A stretch of DNA of 64,000 bases. It comes from Perkinsus chesapeaki ATCC PRA-425 (taxonomy: Eukaryota; Protista; Perkinsozoa). Numbering within the stretch: position 1 is the stretch's first letter; each line of letters opens with the position of its first letter. The notes beneath the pieces are model-generated. The model saw nothing but the letters and a program-made list of their open reading frames with translations, was not told the origin of the DNA and did no database searches. Where the stretch lies: the NCBI GenBank assembly GCA_013115145.1, contig JAAPAO010000035.1, forward strand, positions 51,624-115,623, read 5' to 3'. This document shows, piece after piece, positions 59,814 to 64,000 of the stretch. Made by a program: the position numbers and the translations under genes.

Positions 59814-60248
59814 TTAGAAAGCTCGTCCACATCGCCGGAAAGTGCGACGCAGTCTCCAGAAAGCAAGAACCCCATTTCTCACTCTCAGTTGTATAATATC
59901 ATATGTCTCATTGTATATCATTTGGTGCATATCAGCACTCTTAACATGATCGAAAAATATGGAGTCAGTCATGTCCTCGCCACCAGTGTCAGCATTGATA
60001 ACTCCACTGCTCGAGTTATACGCGTAAGGAATCCCAGCAAGCTCGCTCCTAATTTTGTGAGGCCAGCGCCAGAGGGTTGAAAAGGATGTCAGACAGTAGC
60101 TTAAATGCGTCTTGTTGTTGAAGCTAAGGCGGTATTCCATTCCATCATATCTAGAGTAAGGCGTGTAGCAGTATGCTCGACCCGCTGGACTTCCAGTGGT
60201 GAGCGACGAGATGGAAGCCAATAGTAAAACGATGGAGTAGGATAACAT
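59814..60248 (-). CDS. Small intronless secreted protein (144 aa)
   Basis: Signal peptide MLSYSIVLLLASISSLTTG followed by SPAGRAYC. N-glycosylation sequons NKT, NSS and NET. Confidence 0.75.
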   Translation of the reverse strand: MLSYSIVLLLASISSLTTGSPAGRAYCYTPYSRYDGMEYRLSFNNKTHLSYCLTSFSTLWRWPHKIRSELAGIPYAYNSSSGVINADTGGEDMTDSIFFDHVKSADMHQMIYNETYDIIQLRVRNGVLAFWRLRRTFRRCGRAF

Positions 60249-60376
60249 AAAAACGGAACAACTGATGAAGGCTCGTCGTCTTGGTAATCGTCCAGCACTT
60301 CACATGAAACTCGACAAGATTATATCACATCATATAACATCAACATCATCGAGTATCATGCAACTGGGAATTCGAG

Positions 60377-61901
60377 TTAAGTTGTCATGATGCTCTTCGC
60401 CGCTCTAAATAAGTTCCTTATATCGTCACCCTTTCTAACAGTAATAGATGCGTCCTGTTGTGTCTCCTCACTGGTCATATCCAAACCTTTAGGAATGGCT
60501 CCATAGCTACCTGTTGTGAGCCACATAACAATGCTTCTGATCATGTCGTTCGTGCTGTTAGGTTTATGGTGATTGATGGATTCAGCGTAGCTCTCAAGTT
60601 GACTTGTGCAAATCTCATGAAGCTGCGCCTTGTTCAAACGAGTCACGGGCAACGGGATGGCCTTGGATCTTGTCTGCATCTCCCGGAGCCGAGTAATGTC
60701 AAAGTGAAGCGGAAGGTCCCTACGAATGGAACAAGCAACATCATAAAGTCCCCCGCTGAAGAATGCCAAAACCCCAATGGAGGCCCGCCGTCGACGGAGA
60801 GGGCAGAATCAGCGATGATACACTTGGCGAAAACTTACGGAATGGCCGATGCCCGAAGGGACGTGGATATCTTGGCTATCGTGAGGCCCTGTCTTCTGTC
60901 AGGTGATGCCTGTAGTTCCAAAGCATGTTGCCAGAAAGCCTAGTCACAAAAGAGCCTTCCAACAGAGAAAACAAAGCACTTACGTAGTTCCCGTCGTGGT
61001 CCCCTTCTCCGGGAGTTTTTGGTATGAAAAATTTGGTAAGGACATTGGCCGAGCACGTAGGAACCAACTTGGATATTGGATTTGTAGACTTCTCGAGGCT
61101 TCTATGAAACGTCTCCGGCAATATAGTCTTGCCCTTCTGCATATCCTCTGCCAGAATCCACATGGCTCCTTCTATCAAGGTTTTTTCAACGTAGACGTCG
61201 TACGTGTAGCTTTGGCTGAAGACAGCAGTGAGCTGACATCCACCGAACCAGTCGGGTAATATTTTACTTGTTATGCGGAGTCTGAAGGAACGCTACATCC
61301 GTTAAAGATTCTTCTTCTTCATCTGCTTTCCCTCTCAATACATCGTATCCAGTGAAGAGCTGAGACGGAAAATACTGGGGAGAGATAGTGTAAGGGAGAA
61401 GTACCTCTATACGTGTCCCAGTCTGAGTTGTCTGACTGTCGTAGAGTGTCTTTCTTGTAACTTCCTACAAGCAAACCGATGCATTCCGAATGGTGTTGAA
61501 GCTCTAATCATCGCAAGCGAGCCGCGTAGGAGCATCGTTTATGAGCAGTAGTTCGATTGCGATTCTTTTCGCCAGCTGAACCCCAGGACTCCGCGTAACA
61601 GCGCCGTGCGCGACGCCGCTTATCCAGTCCAATTCCCTCGAACTACACCTTAGTCTTCCTCTCAGCTACAACTGCATAGCTGTGGGGTGCCACTGACTGG
61701 AGCGCACGCCTTAGAGGGATAGAGATGGCGTGGCGATACAGTAAAACGGTCATATATTGGACTGGAATTATTATAACGAAACATTCGACTCACCTTCCTG
61801 GCAGCTGCCTCTGCGAGTGCCCTGGCCAGCACTGCCCTCTGCGGGTAGTCCCCGAGGCAGAGCGCTGTTATTGCTGCCAGAATTAAGCTTACTGATGGCA
61901 T
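60377..61901 (-). CDS. Orphan secreted family member A3 (multi-exon)
   Basis: MPSVSLILAAITALCLG signal; NPISKLVPTCSAN; FDITRLREM...CTSQLESY...IVMWLTTG. Confidence 0.7.
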
Positions 61902-62062
61902 GGTTCTGCTGGGAAAAGGTTGACGAAGGCTTCGTATGACAGCCAAAACTGAGTTCAACCGCTCGGACCCTTTGATAAAAAACACCTATTTTGGATGGAC
62001 ACCGGTGGATAAACATGCGACATCAACAACACTTTTAAAATCTCTAATTCTCCGACATCTAT

Positions 62063-63636
62063 TTACTGGTATGTGTTTCCCAATCTTGCCGTCAGAGATT
62101 GTTCACTCTGGGTCGTCCCATGCTGAATGTCTAAACCTCTAGGCAGTTTAGAGTAACTTCCCGTGATCAACCACATGACTATGGCTCTGGTAATCTCCCC
62201 GAGGTCTTTTGACACCTTCTTTGTTATGGACGTGTAGTAGTTTGCGAGCTGCTTATTGCAGACGTCTACGAGCTTCTTCTGTGACCGACGGAATCCTGGC
62301 AGCTTCACTGTTGAAGCTTTCTCCTCAACTTCGCGGAGCCGATCGATGTAGAAGTGAGGAGAAAAATCCCTATTGGAAAGAGCGATCATGAGCTAATCTT
62401 CTTCCATATCGCCTCAACATGAGCTCATTTGCGGATCTCTATTGTAGGCATGTTTAAGCGTCCACCTTACACACGCTTATTCCACTGCTCAGACGAATAA
62501 AAGCCCAAAAGTTCAAAGCATATTCCACTGCTCAGACGAATAAAAGCCCAAAAGTTCAAAGCATATTCCAGGGCTCAGACGAATAAAAGCCCAAAAGTTC
62601 AAAGCATATTCCAGGGCTCAGAGATGCCTACGCGTCTGACGCTCGCGAGCAGGAAGTACATTTTGACATGCGGAACTTGTACTAAAAACCAGAGTGCGTT
62701 GGGACTGCGAGGAATGATGTTTGGGGAGCAGCAGACCTAATAGCCTCGTAGAATCATTGGCGTTCAACTATCGCTTTTGTTACGCTAAGCAAGTCGTATG
62801 GAGCTGATTTTGGAACCTTTGAGGAGTACTATACAGCGAAAGATATGTTACTAATCCAGCAATTTCAATGCCTGCAACTTACTGATCATTGCGGAAGGTG
62901 GATGATAGCTTGGCGATGGTAAAACCTTTCCTTGCCGCTTCAAGATCTAGCGACATTTTCCATTCAGCCTGAGCCGTAATAATCTCGAGCTAGAAGTGAC
63001 AGATGACGCCCTCACCAGAACATTTGGGTGTGCTTCTCTAGTGAAACGATGACGAAATTTCACAGTGTGGCTGATTGAACAGGTCGGATTAATCTTGGTA
63101 GAAGTATCGGATCTCTTGTCGAGCTCTGCGTGCATCTTCACGAGGTCATCAAAGCTCCTGCCACTCTCCGGAATTTCGGCGAGAGGTTCACCGGTGATGT
63201 AAGCGTTGTACACTAGTTTGTTGCTGATAGCGGAGAAGGAATACAAACGCCAGGTAAGTGGGTAATTACTCCTTTGGGAATTTTTCCAAAACACAAACGT
63301 CTGTCACAAGTCGCGTATCCTGATCGTTGAGATCATAGCCCTCGGTCAACTGATAAAGGTGTACAGGGCGGCACTTCGGTACTGGTTATTCGCTCACCGT
63401 AATGGAGTCGCCACTGCCGGAATTAGCGGTAAGCACAGTCTCATTGTGCTTGATGGCAACCTGGAAGAAAATCCACCGATTTCAGATTCCGTCATTCCGA
63501 TAGGATAGCGCTTTTCTCGGATTTAGTTCGGTCAAGCGCAAACTGAAGCATGATCACATGCGAATCATTTCCGATATTCTCAAGTACTTGCGGGTTCGAA
63601 CAGCGCCAACAATGCGGTACTGCTACCGTGCCTCAT
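62063..63636 (-). CDS. Orphan secreted family member A4 (multi-exon, start uncertain)
   Basis: EGYDLNDQDTRLVTDV, KINPTCSIS, IDRLREVEE...CNKQLANY...IVMWLITG. Confidence 0.65.
62478..62621. repeat. 43-bp tandem repeat, about 3.4 copies, within paralog A4
   Basis: TATTCC(ACT/AGG)GCTCAGACGAATAAAAGCCCAAAAGTTCAAAGCA repeated at 62478, 62521, 62564 and partially at 62607. Confidence 0.95.
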
Positions 63637-64000
63637 CCCATAGTAGCAGCGCAGAGCAGAATATCTCAAGGGGTAAGAATAAAGGAGATTGAAGTTTCAT
63701 GAGTGCGATTGTATACCAGAGGGAAGCACTATTATACGACAGTCCCAAGTGACGTTCCCAAACGCACATTTTCTCGCTTTTCCGCGGCAGACTTTACCCC
63801 GGGTCCAATGAAGAAGAATCCATTGTCACGCGAGTATCCTCCAAGGGCGGACGGTAGGATTTGGACAGTGAGAAGGAATCCAGATTTTCCAAATAACATG
63901 GTTTTAAGGCGATATGAAAGTGATAGATGTCGCAGAGACTGCGATATAGATCACAATGGCGAGCGCAATAATGTTGGCTAAGTAGAGAATGGAGACAGGA

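Noticed and set aside
63703-63981. 92-aa + strand ORF at the window end
   Set aside because: Non-ATG start, no motif, and it lies in the upstream region of paralog A4.
1-64000. tRNA, rRNA or spliced-leader RNA genes
   Set aside because: By eye I found no GTTCGA in a cloverleaf context, no rRNA-like tract and no full spliced-leader sequence. A tRNAscan-SE/Infernal run would be needed to exclude them formally.

Overview
Eukaryotic protist genomic DNA, most likely a Perkinsus-like alveolate. This is inferred from dense 40-60 bp GT-AG introns, about 50% GC, a K+-type H+-PPase, GKG-rich low-complexity protein and expanded orphan secreted families; it was not checked against a database. Most ORFs in the supplied track are exon fragments or antisense shadows, so I rebuilt genes by hand-splicing and outer coordinates are approximate. 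Housekeeping genes: AP-3 beta adaptin, NOC4, VP1 H+-pyrophosphatase, mitochondrial ABC transporter ATM1, a divergent cyclophilin, SWC6/ZNHIT1, a kinesin and a TRF4-type poly(A) polymerase. Highlights: (1) a 5-exon selenoprotein M gene with in-frame UGA (CSGU) and a canonical SECIS, invisible to the ORF track; (2) a secreted, NLS-bearing gene nested antisense in an ATM1 intron, with the exon-intron-exon block duplicated about 9 kb upstream; (3) a 140-bp element with Helitron-like ends; (4) a four-copy tandem array of an orphan secreted family; (5) a eukaryotic double-PqiA membrane protein, a secreted J-like protein, a probable pseudo-exonuclease and a GPI-anchored Cys-rich protein. There are three minisatellites (one spans an N gap). 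I found no rRNA, tRNA or CRISPR array.
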